This document shows, piece after piece, positions 1 through 11,775 of a stretch of 64,000 nucleotides of DNA. The number at the start of each line of letters is the position of its first letter. The first letter of the stretch is position 1. The notes beneath the pieces were generated by a model that saw only the letters and a list, made by a program, of their open reading frames with translations, did not search any database and was not told the origin of the DNA. Position numbers and translations under genes: made by a program. The DNA comes from Octopus sinensis (lineage: Eukaryota), in assembly GCF_006345805.1 (NCBI RefSeq), contig NC_042999.1, positions 76,136,001-76,200,000 on the forward strand. The letters are read 5' to 3'.

Positions 1-71
1 CTTAGCAGAGTAAGAGGCTGTGTGTAGTGGACCCGTCTGAAAGGTTTGCAGACAGGCATATTTCTATCTAG

Positions 72-142
72 TGAGGCCCTCATAAATTTGAACTCAGAAC
101 GTAAAACACAGTAAGGCATACCCAATACTCTAACGATTCTCC
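72..142 (-). mobile_element. Degenerate SINE fragment (family A, tRNA head)
   Basis: tttgaactcagaacgtaaa...taacgattct matches the reverse complement of the family A head seen at 42011 and 49673. Confidence 0.5.
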
Positions 143-910
143 AAAATAATAATTATTTCTTGTACTTTCCACAATGGCGACAGATGATGGAGCAAAACGT
201 GTGTTTAACAAGTTATAGCAGCAAGAATTGCGAAAAGGTGAGCAGTCTTTTTAATTGAACCACGTCTCTTGAGTTGGTACTTACTTTAATGGTCCAGGAA
301 TAATGGAAATTAAATTAACTGCAGAAGAATTTGAACTTAGTATGCAAAGAAAAGTGTCTAGGTATGAAAAGTATTTTCCCTCTGAGTACTATTGTAATCA
401 AAGACTATAACTGCATCCCAACTTTCAATTAAATAATAATATATGAAAAATATTACACACGATATGAAAGTTCACACGTCCTTAAAGAAAAAAGAAGAAA
501 ACAACTTGAGTTGATAATTACAATATATTTTGGTTTCTACTAATCAGAATCCTGTATTCATTTTCCAGATGAAATGACAAAGAAATCGAGTAAAATAATG
601 AAAGATAGTGATTTCAGGAGGCAAATATATCTTAGTCGAAAGACGTTTGCTGTCAATGTTAGACTTAAATCGGTGTTAAATGTGATAAATTATCATTAAA
701 TTCCGAAGAGAATTGGAACTCTATAAGAACGACAGCATTGAAATACAAAGCTTGGTGAATAATTTCCTCCAACATACTCATGTACACACACACAAACAAA
801 CAGAGAGCAAACAAACGCGCGTATATGCATATTTGCATTGACACATACATGCTATGCACACACATACATATGCATACATATGGTGGTGCACACGCACTAT
901 ATACAAGCAT

Positions 911-911
<1 letters not shown>

Positions 912-979
<68 letters not shown>

Positions 980-1003
980 GTGTGTGTGTGTGTGTGTGTG
1001 TGT
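912..1003. repeat. (TA)n-(TG)n compound microsatellite
   Basis: direct reading. Confidence 0.95.
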
Positions 1004-2469
1004 GAACTTAAGGTTAGCTAAAATATGTTTGCGACATATTCCAACTTCGAAAGGCAAATTTACTGCAGTTACCGCAGAGAAAACATTCTCTCTTATGGTA
1101 AAAAGATGTAAAAAAATGCATCAGCGATTAGCAGAGACCATGTCGCAGTAGTTACTTTATCGAAGCTTAATATAACGAAAGTATTCAATAACGGAGCAAT
1201 GTTTTCTATTATCTTGCAATATACTTCTAATTCTCCCTTTAAAACAGTGTAGAACATCTCATATTAAATAGGACCTATAATAGAGTGTCTAGAATTGTGA
1301 TGCCTCGAAAGAGCAATGTCTTTCTTTGCTCTTCTTTCAATAACAAATTATCTGGCATAAAGTATTATAAAACAGAAGCCAGATCCTAACGACACCATCA
1401 AGTTTTTGGGTTTCCACTCCTGGTTAAACCAATTCACTATGCACGCACATGAAGTTAACAATCTTGAAAAAATATATGAGAATATTACTTCCATGCGCAC
1501 GCAATATTTCATAATCATGTGAGACATTGAAACACAAGTAAATGAGAGTGGAAAAAGAACATTTGCTGAGGTGTATAATACCAAGTTATAACTACCAGTC
1601 CCGTCAGTATGCGACTACTCTGTACATTATTGGTCCTTGTGTAATAAATCTGAAGACAGTATGATGCAGATGTTATACAAATGTACTAATAATTCTTGAA
1701 TGTTTAAATTTTGGATGGGCTTTTTTACTAACAACACTCTGGTGGAACAAGTTTGTGCTGTTGTGATTTTTTAGATATTATGTTATACTTCATTTACGAT
1801 AATTTTATGCATGCGAAAGCTATCAGAGTCACCATATTCGTATGTCGATTCCTATAAAATCACTATCTAGTGAATGGCTTGTCTAAATCATTTACGTCGA
1901 TTGCTGGTTTCGCTCTGTAAAAGCTGTGAAGTTATGTTCTTTTCAAGTCGAGACCGCCACGTAGTTTCGAGTCCAATGTGAATTTCTTTTCAATTCATTT
2001 CTCTCTGTCCAACCAAAACCCGAGAGAATAAGTGTGCATTACAGTTTCCAGAACCGAAAATAGTTCGTATGATGGCAGGAAGAACGATAATATTCATTTA
2101 ATCAATTCAAACATATCTGGTGGGTTTTATATTTGACCTCGGCGGAATGGAAGGCGAATATTGTCTCCGGCGGTATTTAAGCTGGGGAACGGGAAAGGCT
2201 AACCACTAAACACTATTGATCCTGGGAGGAAACTTTAATTCCAGGGATAGGAATTCTTTCACTCACGTGTGAAATCTCTCTAAACCCAAAAGGAAAAAAA
2301 AAAAAAACACTTTAGCCCTATGAACAAACAGTAATCTGTATTTGCAAAGCTAAACATTCCTCCGTCGTTTCTACTATATAGAAACATTAAAAGGTGCTAG
2401 AATTAACAACCAAGTCAGTTCAGAGCCATAATCATTATTAAAAAATCAGTTTAACGAAGAGTTTTGTTT

Positions 2470-2978
2470 GCGTTGGTGCTGTTATTGGTCATATTGGAGT
2501 TTTGTTCTTTTGATGACTGTAGTTGTAGTTGTGTTTAAAGTAGTCGAGGCAGAATTGATAGTAATGATAGTGTATAAAATGGTTGTGATGGTGGTATTGG
2601 TGGTAGTGGTCGTGGCAGTTTTCACGGAGGTGGTGGCAGCGGTGTGGTTGGCAACGACGGCGGTGACGACGACTACGATAATGATGATGATGATGATGAC
2701 GACGACGACGACGACGACGACGATGATGATGATTACGATGACGAGGATGCATTTATCGAAAGCAACGTTTACCAAAATTATGATGATAAGAATGATAACA
2801 ACGTCAGTGGCAATAATAACGATGATGAGTGGTAATGTCTGTGATGAAGAATTCGATGACCCCACCCCCTAAGCGACGAGTATAATGATATGATGATGAT
2901 GTTTTCATTGTTGGCGTTGTTCCTACTGATTATAAGGACAATAATAATAATGCTGCTGCTGCTGCTGTTCATCATGCG

Positions 2979-3012
<34 letters not shown>

Positions 3013-3080
3013 ATGATATAATGATGAGGTAATACTGTGAGTGGAGAGGAACAGGCAATAATGATAATGATAATGTTGAT
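2470..3080. repeat. Compound trinucleotide region (GTT/GGT/GAT/GAC/GCT)
   Basis: direct reading; source of the poly-D, poly-T and poly-V ORFs. Confidence 0.85.
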
Positions 3081-3173
3081 TTTTTATATATTTTCAATTA
3101 AAATTTAACGTTTTAATTATATTGAAACAGCAACAACAAAAAATGGTCTAATTTTAAATGCGTACGTTCATGC

Positions 3174-3244
<71 letters not shown>

Positions 3245-3514
3245 CACACACACACAAGCATATATATATATATATGCACACATGTCTGTGTGCATGTAAG
3301 GTTGGGTGGATGCATGCATGTATGAATGTATATATGTTTGAACGTACACATACATATATGCATTATATATGTATGTATGGCGATATGGTTGTATGTTTCA
3401 GAGCCAAAATCGATGACTGATAGTTCAAAGGCTAATTATACAAGGGAAGCAATTTAATAGATTAGCAATTTGTCGTTGCTGTTGTTGCCATTCTAAATAT
3501 TATTGTGGTTGTGA

Positions 3515-3520
3515 TTCTTA

Positions 3521-3567
<47 letters not shown>

Positions 3568-3654
3568 GTTGTTGTTGCTGTTGGTATTATTATTATTGTT
3601 ATTATTATTATTATTATTATATTATTATTGTTGTTGTCGTTGGTATTATTATTA

Positions 3655-3699
<45 letters not shown>

Positions 3700-3717
3700 A
3701 CAGTAGCCGCAGCACCG

Positions 3718-3757
<40 letters not shown>

Positions 3758-3835
3758 CGGCTGTGGCAGAGGCAGTGGCGGAGACAACGGTATAGACGAT
3801 GGTGGAGGCAGCGGTTGCAGCAGCAGCAGCAGCGC
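3515..3835. repeat. (ATT)n, (GTA)n and (GCA)n tracts
   Basis: direct reading. Confidence 0.95.
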
Positions 3836-4754
3836 CCTCTATCGTTTTTCTCTGTTATTGTTTTTGTTAATTCCATTATTACTTGTTACTGATTTAATGT
3901 TTTTATTTGGGTGGTTTGTTTATACAATGAGAGTCGCTAAATTTATTCTTAACATTTTGGTTGCAGTAGTTGCTATTGTGGGTTCCACGTATTGTAGTTT
4001 CTATTGCTTTTTTTTTTTTTGTCCTTGACGATATTATTCATGTCAATATTATCCCTCTTGTTGCCCCTTTCGTTGTTAATTATGTTGAGGCTGCTGTTAT
4101 CTTTATTTTCTTTCTTTTTTTTCACTTGTTTAATTTTGTTTCCGTGATTGTTAATTTATTTTTAGTCGCAGCATTAGTGTGCAGCACATGTTGGTACATA
4201 TATTATCAGTATTGCTGTGCCTGTTGTTTAGTCCTCGAACCCATTTTATTGCAGCCTATAATCAAATGCGTTACAACTCTGACAATTTCATCATTCCTTG
4301 TATCATATCTATATTGTCCCACGTCACCATCTTTATTTAAAGTCTGCAGATGTGATGTTGCTCGAAATTGTCTGTCATTTCCAGCAGAGTGAGCAGCCAC
4401 AGAAAAGCTCCCTTCCCAATTCGATATTGCAAATTTTGGCTGTCAATGTTGTTGTTGGTGTATTTTGGCTGTATGTATTGTTGGTGTTGGTGTTGTTGTT
4501 TTTGCCGTTGCTGGGATGTTGATAATGTCGTAACAGACGTTGCTGATGTTGTTGAGATATTTTCGAAGCAATTTTAGCGAATAATATGGGTCCTATTCAT
4601 AAACATTTTCCATTCATATGATATCCGCTGTTCGACATGTCTTATTACTTTATTATGCAAATTCCTATACATATATAGAAACATGCTACTCATATAAACT
4701 ACCCACACAGACATTATATGAACCACACACACACACACCACACACACATATATA

Positions 4755-4820
<66 letters not shown>

Positions 4821-4941
4821 GCGTGACATATAAGTCGCAGAACAAGTGGCAAATAATAGTACTTGAATACCGAAGGTAGATTAATATGCTTTCGCTAGAG
4901 CACCAAAATCTTCACAAACTGTGAGCTTCGAGTTACCGTTT

Positions 4942-4995
4942 GTCGGACAGTTGTGATCATACTCTATGATCACATGATGATCACAACTGTCCGAC
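4942..4995. repeat. Perfect 19-bp inverted repeat (hairpin) within a small foldback element
   Basis: gtcggacagttgtgatcat (4942-4960) and atgatcacaactgtccgac (4977-4995). Confidence 0.9.
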
Positions 4996-5458
4996 GAAGA
5001 TTTTGCAGCTTTAACACAACACACACATATACAATGTTGTATAAATATATGAAAATATATATTTCTATATATTTATGAATGTATGTATATCTTCATATAT
5101 TAAATTTCTAAAACAATTTTTCAAATAATAAAATAACATTTTTCAAATAAGTGTTCAAATATAAGGTGATAGACAATAAATTTAGACTAAGTAATTCTGC
5201 GAATCCATTTTATCAATTTACTTATATATTTTCTAAAATTACATTACTTCATAAATGTATTACTTTCTAAATTGTATTACTAAATGTACCACTTCCTATT
5301 TACTAAATTTCGTTGAAGTAATCAAATAACATGATACAATTTACTGCATGTTAGAGTAAAAGAATTCAACAAATCGCAAATAGCATTTGTGTATGATGTT
5401 GCATTACACGTTTGAAGCCTTACAGAACGAGCAACCATATCTCACCCTGTTCAAGTAT

Positions 5459-5522
<64 letters not shown>

Positions 5523-5740
5523 GTATGCATGTATGTATGTATGTATCTCTATGTATGTATGTATGTATGTATATATGTATGTATCTGTGTGTATGTGTGT
5601 GTGTATACAAACGCACTTCATGCACACACAGATACGCACTAACTCACACACATACAATGTATATAAACATATATATATATATACACGCATATGCATACAT
5701 ATATATATATAGAGAGAGATAGATACATATATGCATATAT

Positions 5741-5792
<52 letters not shown>

Positions 5793-5804
5793 TATATGGT
5801 TATA

Positions 5805-6088
5805 TTCTTTTATTCCTTTGTTTCGGTCATTTAACTGCGGCCATGCTGGAACACTGCCTTGAAGGGTTTTATCCGAACAAATCGACCTCCGAACTTACAT
5901 TTTAAGCCCAGAACTTATTCTGTCGTTCTCTTTCTGTACACCGCGAAGTTACGGAGATATAAATACACCAACACCGGTTGTCAAACGCTGATGTGGGCAC
6001 AAGCACAGACTCAAACACACAATCATGTAGATATATACATATATACATATACGACGGGCTTCTTTCAGTTTTCGCCTACCGAATCCAC
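5805..6088 (-). mobile_element. SINE family B (CORE-like), 5'-truncated
   Basis: colinear with the full copy at 22006-22411 (tail actgcggccatgctgg, aacaccggttgtcaa, tctttcagttttc); head missing. Confidence 0.85.
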
Positions 6089-6310
6089 GAACAAATGGAA
6101 AGCAGCATGCATGATCTGAGTGTGATGTTTACTCGAACCTATATAGCTTGACAGTTGTTCGTGAATGTGAGTCTGTGTGTGTATCCGACCGTGGCTATAG
6201 TAGAAAATATTCGCCAAACGTGCCATTGAATCTGGAGCCATGGAACCATATAATTGCGAAGCAAGCTTCTTATCACACAAGCTACACCTACTCCTGTATA
6301 TGTGTATATG

Positions 6311-6366
<56 letters not shown>

Positions 6367-6466
6367 GATATGTATATATATTTAATATAAATGATATATA
6401 TATATATATATATAATATATATATATATGTACATATATATATATATGCATATATACATATATATAT

Positions 6467-7044
6467 GACTACAGGACGTCATAAAATGTAAACAACATGA
6501 AATACGAAGACAGACGTTTGTATGCAACATCGACAAACAAAAATGTGAAACAAGACAAGTAACACAAAGAACGACCCTTCAGCAGTTGTCGGCTGTTTAT
6601 CTACTCCACATTTCGAGCAATTCACGATAATATGAGGCTTCGAGAAAATAGTTGCCCTCGCGAAACAAAATATAATTTGGGATTCGCGGAGGATCAAAGT
6701 TGGTAAAAAAACCCAGGACAGTGAAAACAATCTTTGACGGGAGAAAAGATAGGAGAGGAGACAGACAAGAAAAGCGTGCGTAAAAGAAAGATGGACGATG
6801 GTCGCCTGTGAGCAAACTAGAGAGTAAAGAAGGAAGAGGAAGAGAGAGGGGTAGATAGAAAACGGTGAAGGCGTGAGAAAAATAATTACAGAAATGAAGG
6901 GAGTGAAAACATATATTGGTACGTGATGTCACAAAACGCAACCAACATGAAATACGAAGATATTCGTATTTCGTGTTTTCGTATGTTCTATTTCATATTG
7001 TTTTCCTATATCATGTTGGTTACGTTTTATGACGTCCTGTAACC
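6467..7044. mobile_element. MITE-like element with ~31-bp terminal inverted repeats in (TA)n
   Basis: tacaggacgtcataaaatgtaaacaacatga (6470-6500) is the near reverse complement of 7011-7041; non-coding interior; TA-rich flanks. Confidence 0.7.
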
Positions 7045-7143
7045 ATATATGCATGTACATATATATACATATATTTGTATGTACATATATGTATGTATAT
7101 ATGCATATATATTATATTATTTATATTATTATATGATTGAACG

Positions 7144-7533
7144 TGGAGGCGCAATGGCCCAGTGGTTAGGGCAGCGGACTCGCGGTCATAGGATCGCGGT
7201 TTCAATTCGCAGACCGGGCGTTGTGAGTGTTTATTGAGCAAAAACACCTAAAAAGCTCCACGACGCTCCGGCAGGGGATGGTAGTGATCCCTGCTGTATT
7301 CTTTCACCACAACTTTCTCTCACTCTTACTTCCTGTTTCTGTTGTACCTGTATTTCAAAGGGCCGGCCTTGTCACTCTCTGTGTCACGCTGAATATCCCC
7401 GAGAACTACGTTAAGGGTACACGTGTCTGTGGAGTGCTCAGCTACTTACACGTTAATTTCACGAGCAGGCTGTTCCGTTGATTCGGATCAACCGGAACCC
7501 TCAGTGTCGTAACCGACGGGGTGCTTAAAAAAA
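7144..7533 (+). mobile_element. Full-length tRNA-derived SINE (family C) with 13-bp TSD
   Basis: A box TGGCCCAGTGGTTAGG, B box-like GGTTTCAATTCGC, short A tail; TSD ATATGATTGAACG at 7131-7143 and 7534-7546. Confidence 0.92.
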
Positions 7534-7565
7534 ATATGATTGAACGCCACACATCCATTTCCAAG

Positions 7566-7605
<40 letters not shown>

Positions 7606-7983
7606 CATTCATATATGATAATGTTACTATCTTATTGTGTAAGCAATGTGCCTCAGTATACGTAAATGTTCACACATTTGTTCACAAATGTTCACAGACG
7701 TATATGTTCTCAGGTATGCGACATTTCGATATTCGGCATTTGCACATGTTACCAGTCATAATTGAATTTGTGTATGTTTCTAAATTGTTGTACGTGTATG
7801 CCAATAGATGTATGACGTTCTACGTAAGCGCAAATAAATAATTAATATACATGTAGAACATGCATATACGAACAAATCGAAGGCATCTTATATTATCTGA
7901 GTGTGATGTTTACTCGAGCCTATATATCTTGACAGTGTGTGTGTATGTGAGTTTGCATATATATATGTATATATATATATATA

Positions 7984-8150
7984 TTCTTTTACTTCTTTCA
8001 TGCGGCCATGCTGGAGCTCCGCCTTAAAGGCTGTTAGTAGAAGCCTAGTACTTTTTTTATCGATCTCTTCGCCGAACTGCTAAGTTACTGGGACATAAAC
8101 ACACCAGCATCAGTTGTCAAGCGATAGCGGGGAGAAAACACAGACACCCA
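7984..8150 (-). mobile_element. SINE family B, 3' part
   Basis: tgcggccatgctggagctccgcc ... acaccagcatcagttgtcaagc matches the 22006-22411 copy. Confidence 0.8.
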
Positions 8151-8237
8151 CACACACACACATATATATATATGCGTGTGTGTATATATATATATATATA
8201 AAAAAGTTGAGTTGTGGGGTATCGTACGAGTGGGATT

Positions 8238-8957
8238 ATATATGCAAAAAGGTTTGAAAATGCAATTTAAACGATGTTTATTTACTTAACCGGTTTCACT
8301 CTTTGGTAAAAGATTGTCAAAAGTAACATTGAATATTATGGGTTCAAAAAAAGTTTTTACATAATAGTCACATTGAATATTATGAATTCAAAAATGTTTT
8401 TTTATACATAATTGTCACATTACATGTATAAATATAGTATAAAAAAGTTCAATAGTGTGATGAGAATATTTGTAAAAATTGGCAGAAAAGAATAAAACAA
8501 ATATATTATTGGAAATTTGGTTGCGTTAATTATTGGTTGTCGCAAATTGTCACATTACATGTATATATATACAGTCCTTGGTAGAAAGGACATGTTAAAG
8601 ACATATGTCTTTAACATGTCCTTTCTACCAAAGACATGTAATGTGACAATTTGCGACAACCAATAATTAACGCAACCAAATTTCCAATAATATATTTGTT
8701 TTATTCTTTTCTGCCAATTTTTACAAATATTCTCATCACACTATTGAACTTTTTTATACTATATTTATACATGTAATGTGACAATTATGTATAAAAAAAC
8801 ATTTTTGAATTCATAATATTCAATGTGACTATTATGTAAAAACTTTTTTTGAACCCATAATATTCAATGTTACTTTTGACAATCTTTTACCAAAGAGTGA
8901 AACCGGTTAAGTAAATAAACATCGTTTAAATTGCATTTTCAAACCTTTTTTCATATA
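8238..8957. repeat. ~720-bp near-perfect palindrome (arms ~345-360 bp) in (TA)n
   Basis: centre ACAT|ATGT at 8604/8605; arms reverse-complementary apart from a 13-nt insertion in the left arm and about two substitutions. Confidence 0.95.
8867..8922 (+). ncRNA. Hammerhead-ribozyme-like motif (type I, non-canonical); mirror copy 8274-8329 on -
   Basis: stem I ATGTT-ACTT/AAGT-(bulge)-AACAT, core TTGACAA, stem II TCTTT-TACC-AAAGA plus 2 extra nt, GAAA, palindromic CCGG, GUU. Confidence 0.4.
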
Positions 8958-8958
8958 T

Positions 8959-8992
<34 letters not shown>

Positions 8993-9796
8993 CAAGCACA
9001 AAAATATATGTGAGTATATAATTATGCATACAAAGTTAAAGAGAGAGACGGAGTTGACAAAACGACAGACAGACAGACAGAAAGTCAGACAGATAGGCAG
9101 GCAGGCAGACAGGCAGACAAGCAGACAGACAAACAGACAGGCACGCAGATAAATAAACAGACAGGCAGATAGATGCACACATATAAAACTACAAATCCGC
9201 TCTCAGGCATTTCTTCTCTTACATATAATTACAGGTCATTGTTACAGGTCCAGTTCTCTTCATATGTGTAACAGAAGTGTTCTTATGTTACTTATTAGAT
9301 AAATTAACAAAGAATTTACTTTATATATTAAGCACTTTATTCGTAATATATTTTGGTTCTCTGTGTGTTTGATTGTGAGCGATTGACTCTATACTGTGTA
9401 CAATAGAATAAGCTTTAAATTCTAAAATCGCCAAAACTAATACAGAAATACAACTCCCACGTCGACTGTGTGTATATGTGCCAGGAATTTTATGTATAAT
9501 ATGCATGAATGCCTACGTATTTATAAAAAGCTCAAGTTAAACTGTTTCAAGAGTATAGGTTTGTATATTTTATCACTAAAATATGACTTCACCTACACAA
9601 CCAAATGAATGCATATCTACATAGATAAAATCACAACGTGTTTTGTCACACGGTTTAATGTAGCAGCCAAACCCCTGCACAGGATATTCTAACACTAGAG
9701 GGACACATTGTATGATCTGGTTCTAGATACATCACTATAATTAAAAAAAGAAAAGACAATACTCGAATTTTATTGATAATAGTTTTTTTCTCGGTC

Positions 9797-9882
9797 AAAC
9801 AAAAGGGATTTAAACAAAACTATGGCAAATAAACTTATAATTAAATATGTTTATCATAGTTTTGTTTAAATCTCTTTTGTTT
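9797..9882. repeat. AT-rich hairpin with 28-bp arms
   Basis: aaacaaaagggatttaaacaaaactatg / catagttttgtttaaatctcttttgttt, one G-T mismatch. Confidence 0.85.
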
Positions 9883-10339
9883 AATTACGCTAAATTAGTT
9901 TATACTGGTTTATATTATCATATCAAATTTATACTATTTTATCTTATTTCTGCATCGTATTCGCTGAATATCATTAAACGGCGGCGTAATACTACCGATG
10001 TAATAATATAATAGCTTATAAATAGCAAAGTTATTTCAATTCCTGGAGACGTAACAGATAAACAAAATCCCCTTATCCCGTAAATTAAGAGGTTCTTATT
10101 CGGTCTGCATCAAAATATATATAAAATATACCAACTTGAACGTGGACACATATTTGACAATAGGTTTTATAAATGATATTTATTAAATTTATTACTGTAT
10201 GCTTTTATATTCACACACACACATACATACATCATATATATATATATATATACACATATATATATTTCCAAGTAAGTTTGTCTTAACCTTTTTGATGCGA
10301 CTCTACTCTATACAGTTTCCTCCCATCGATCTGTAATTC

Positions 10340-10680
10340 CCTTTTTCTCCCCTTCGCTATTTTCTATGTCTCTCTCTCTCTCTTTCTCCTTTTCTCTCGC
10401 TTTCTTTTCTTCACGTGACCATCTTTCTTTTCCTGCACGACGTTCTAGGGATTGGACGTCTATCTTTCTCTTTTGTCTTTTCTCTTTTCAAAGAAAATAT
10501 TTCTCCCAGCGTTCGGTATCCTTGTATGTCTCCACTGCCCTGTTTTTGTTCACAAATTTTACATTCCATAAATCCTGAATTTTATTCCGGAATTTATGGG
10601 AGCAACTGCCTTCGAAGACTCATATTGTCGTTCAATGTTCAACATAAGTAAATAGACAGCCGACAACTGATGAAGACCAT
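10340..10680 (-). mobile_element. Second, partial copy of the 6467-7044 element family
   Basis: reverse complement shares cagttgtcggctgt..at.tact, aatatgag.cttcga and cgtgc..aaaagaaagatgg with 6580-6800. Confidence 0.65.
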
Positions 10681-11076
10681 GTTTGATTTTAGCTATATAC
10701 CTCAAGGTGGACTGCTTAAGTACAGGTTATTGAAACTGCTTGTTGCTGGGTATGTACGTTTACAACAATGGGCTGATAGCATAGCTTAGTAAATCAAGTA
10801 AGAGGCACCTCGAGATATGAAGTTATGTCAGTAATCAGGTCATACAGGTGCGACGTAACTTGTGATAATTCAGAATACTGTTTTATTAGTAAATACAAGG
10901 TGAGTGACTCAATCCTTTTATCAGTATCTTGAATGACTAAAGTAACTCCTCCACTATGAAAATATATTTGTTTCAACACACGATTTTAGTACAACTTAGA
11001 ATTACATTCATAAACATGCATACATACGTATTTATTTGTGTATCTGTGTATGCGGATATGTACATCATATATATAT

Positions 11077-11338
11077 TGTTTGTTCCTTCTCGAGCCATAC
11101 CTAGCTCATAAGGGTCGAATTCCCGCTTTCCTTGGCGTATAGGTTCCCCACCTGGACGGGACGCCGGTCAGTCACAGGTGAGCTGCATGAGAAAGTTGTG
11201 GCGAAAGAGTCAGCAGTTCGCCATGACCTTCTACGCGTGGAGCTTAGGTGTTTCGCTCATAAACACACACATCGCCCGATCTGAGATTCGAACCGGCGAT
11301 CCCTCGACCGCTGCTCTAACCAGTAGGCCATGTGCCTC

Positions 11339-11339
<1 letters not shown>
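11077..11339 (-). mobile_element. tRNA-derived SINE with family C-like head and a different 3' tail
   Basis: minus strand GGAGGCACATGGCCTACTGGTTAGAGCAGCGG...GGTTCGAATCTC, shared aacaccta.agctccacg, ends GGCTCGAGAAGGAACAAACAA. Confidence 0.85.
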
Positions 11340-11397
<58 letters not shown>

Positions 11398-11424
11398 TAT
11401 ATATATATATATATAGATATATAT

Positions 11425-11634
11425 ATATAATATTAATTCGAGACAAAACCACTATTTTGCAAATCAAACAAGGAAAGACTTAATCAATACATAAAAAAAT
11501 TTTAATATAATATTTATTTATTATTTATTTATTTATTTATTTATTTACTTTATATTAAAATTTTTTATGTATTGATTAAGTCTTTCCTTGTTTGATTTGC
11601 AAAATAGTGGTTTTGTCTCGAATTAATATTATAT
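11425..11634. repeat. Palindrome with ~85-bp arms and (TATT)n spacer in (TA)n
   Basis: taattcgagacaaaaccactattttgc... (11425-11510) reverse-complements 11550-11634. Confidence 0.93.
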
Positions 11635-11706
11635 AATATTTTACTATAAAATTGGATTTATTCCTAAATCTGATTTTTTCCCTGTAATTTGGGATTTATT
11701 CCCTAA

Positions 11707-11775
<69 letters not shown>

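Noticed and set aside
2468-2872. Poly-D, poly-T/M and poly-V/I ORFs
   Set aside because: Trinucleotide microsatellites open on both strands; no domain and no splice support.
3970-4577. Hydrophobic ORFs suggestive of a membrane protein
   Set aside because: Composition reflects decayed (GTT)/(ATT) repeats.
7144-7215. tRNA-like sequence (also at 11270-11339, 22340-22411, 45300-45365)
   Set aside because: These are SINE heads: A/B boxes are present but there is no full cloverleaf, and they continue into repeat bodies.
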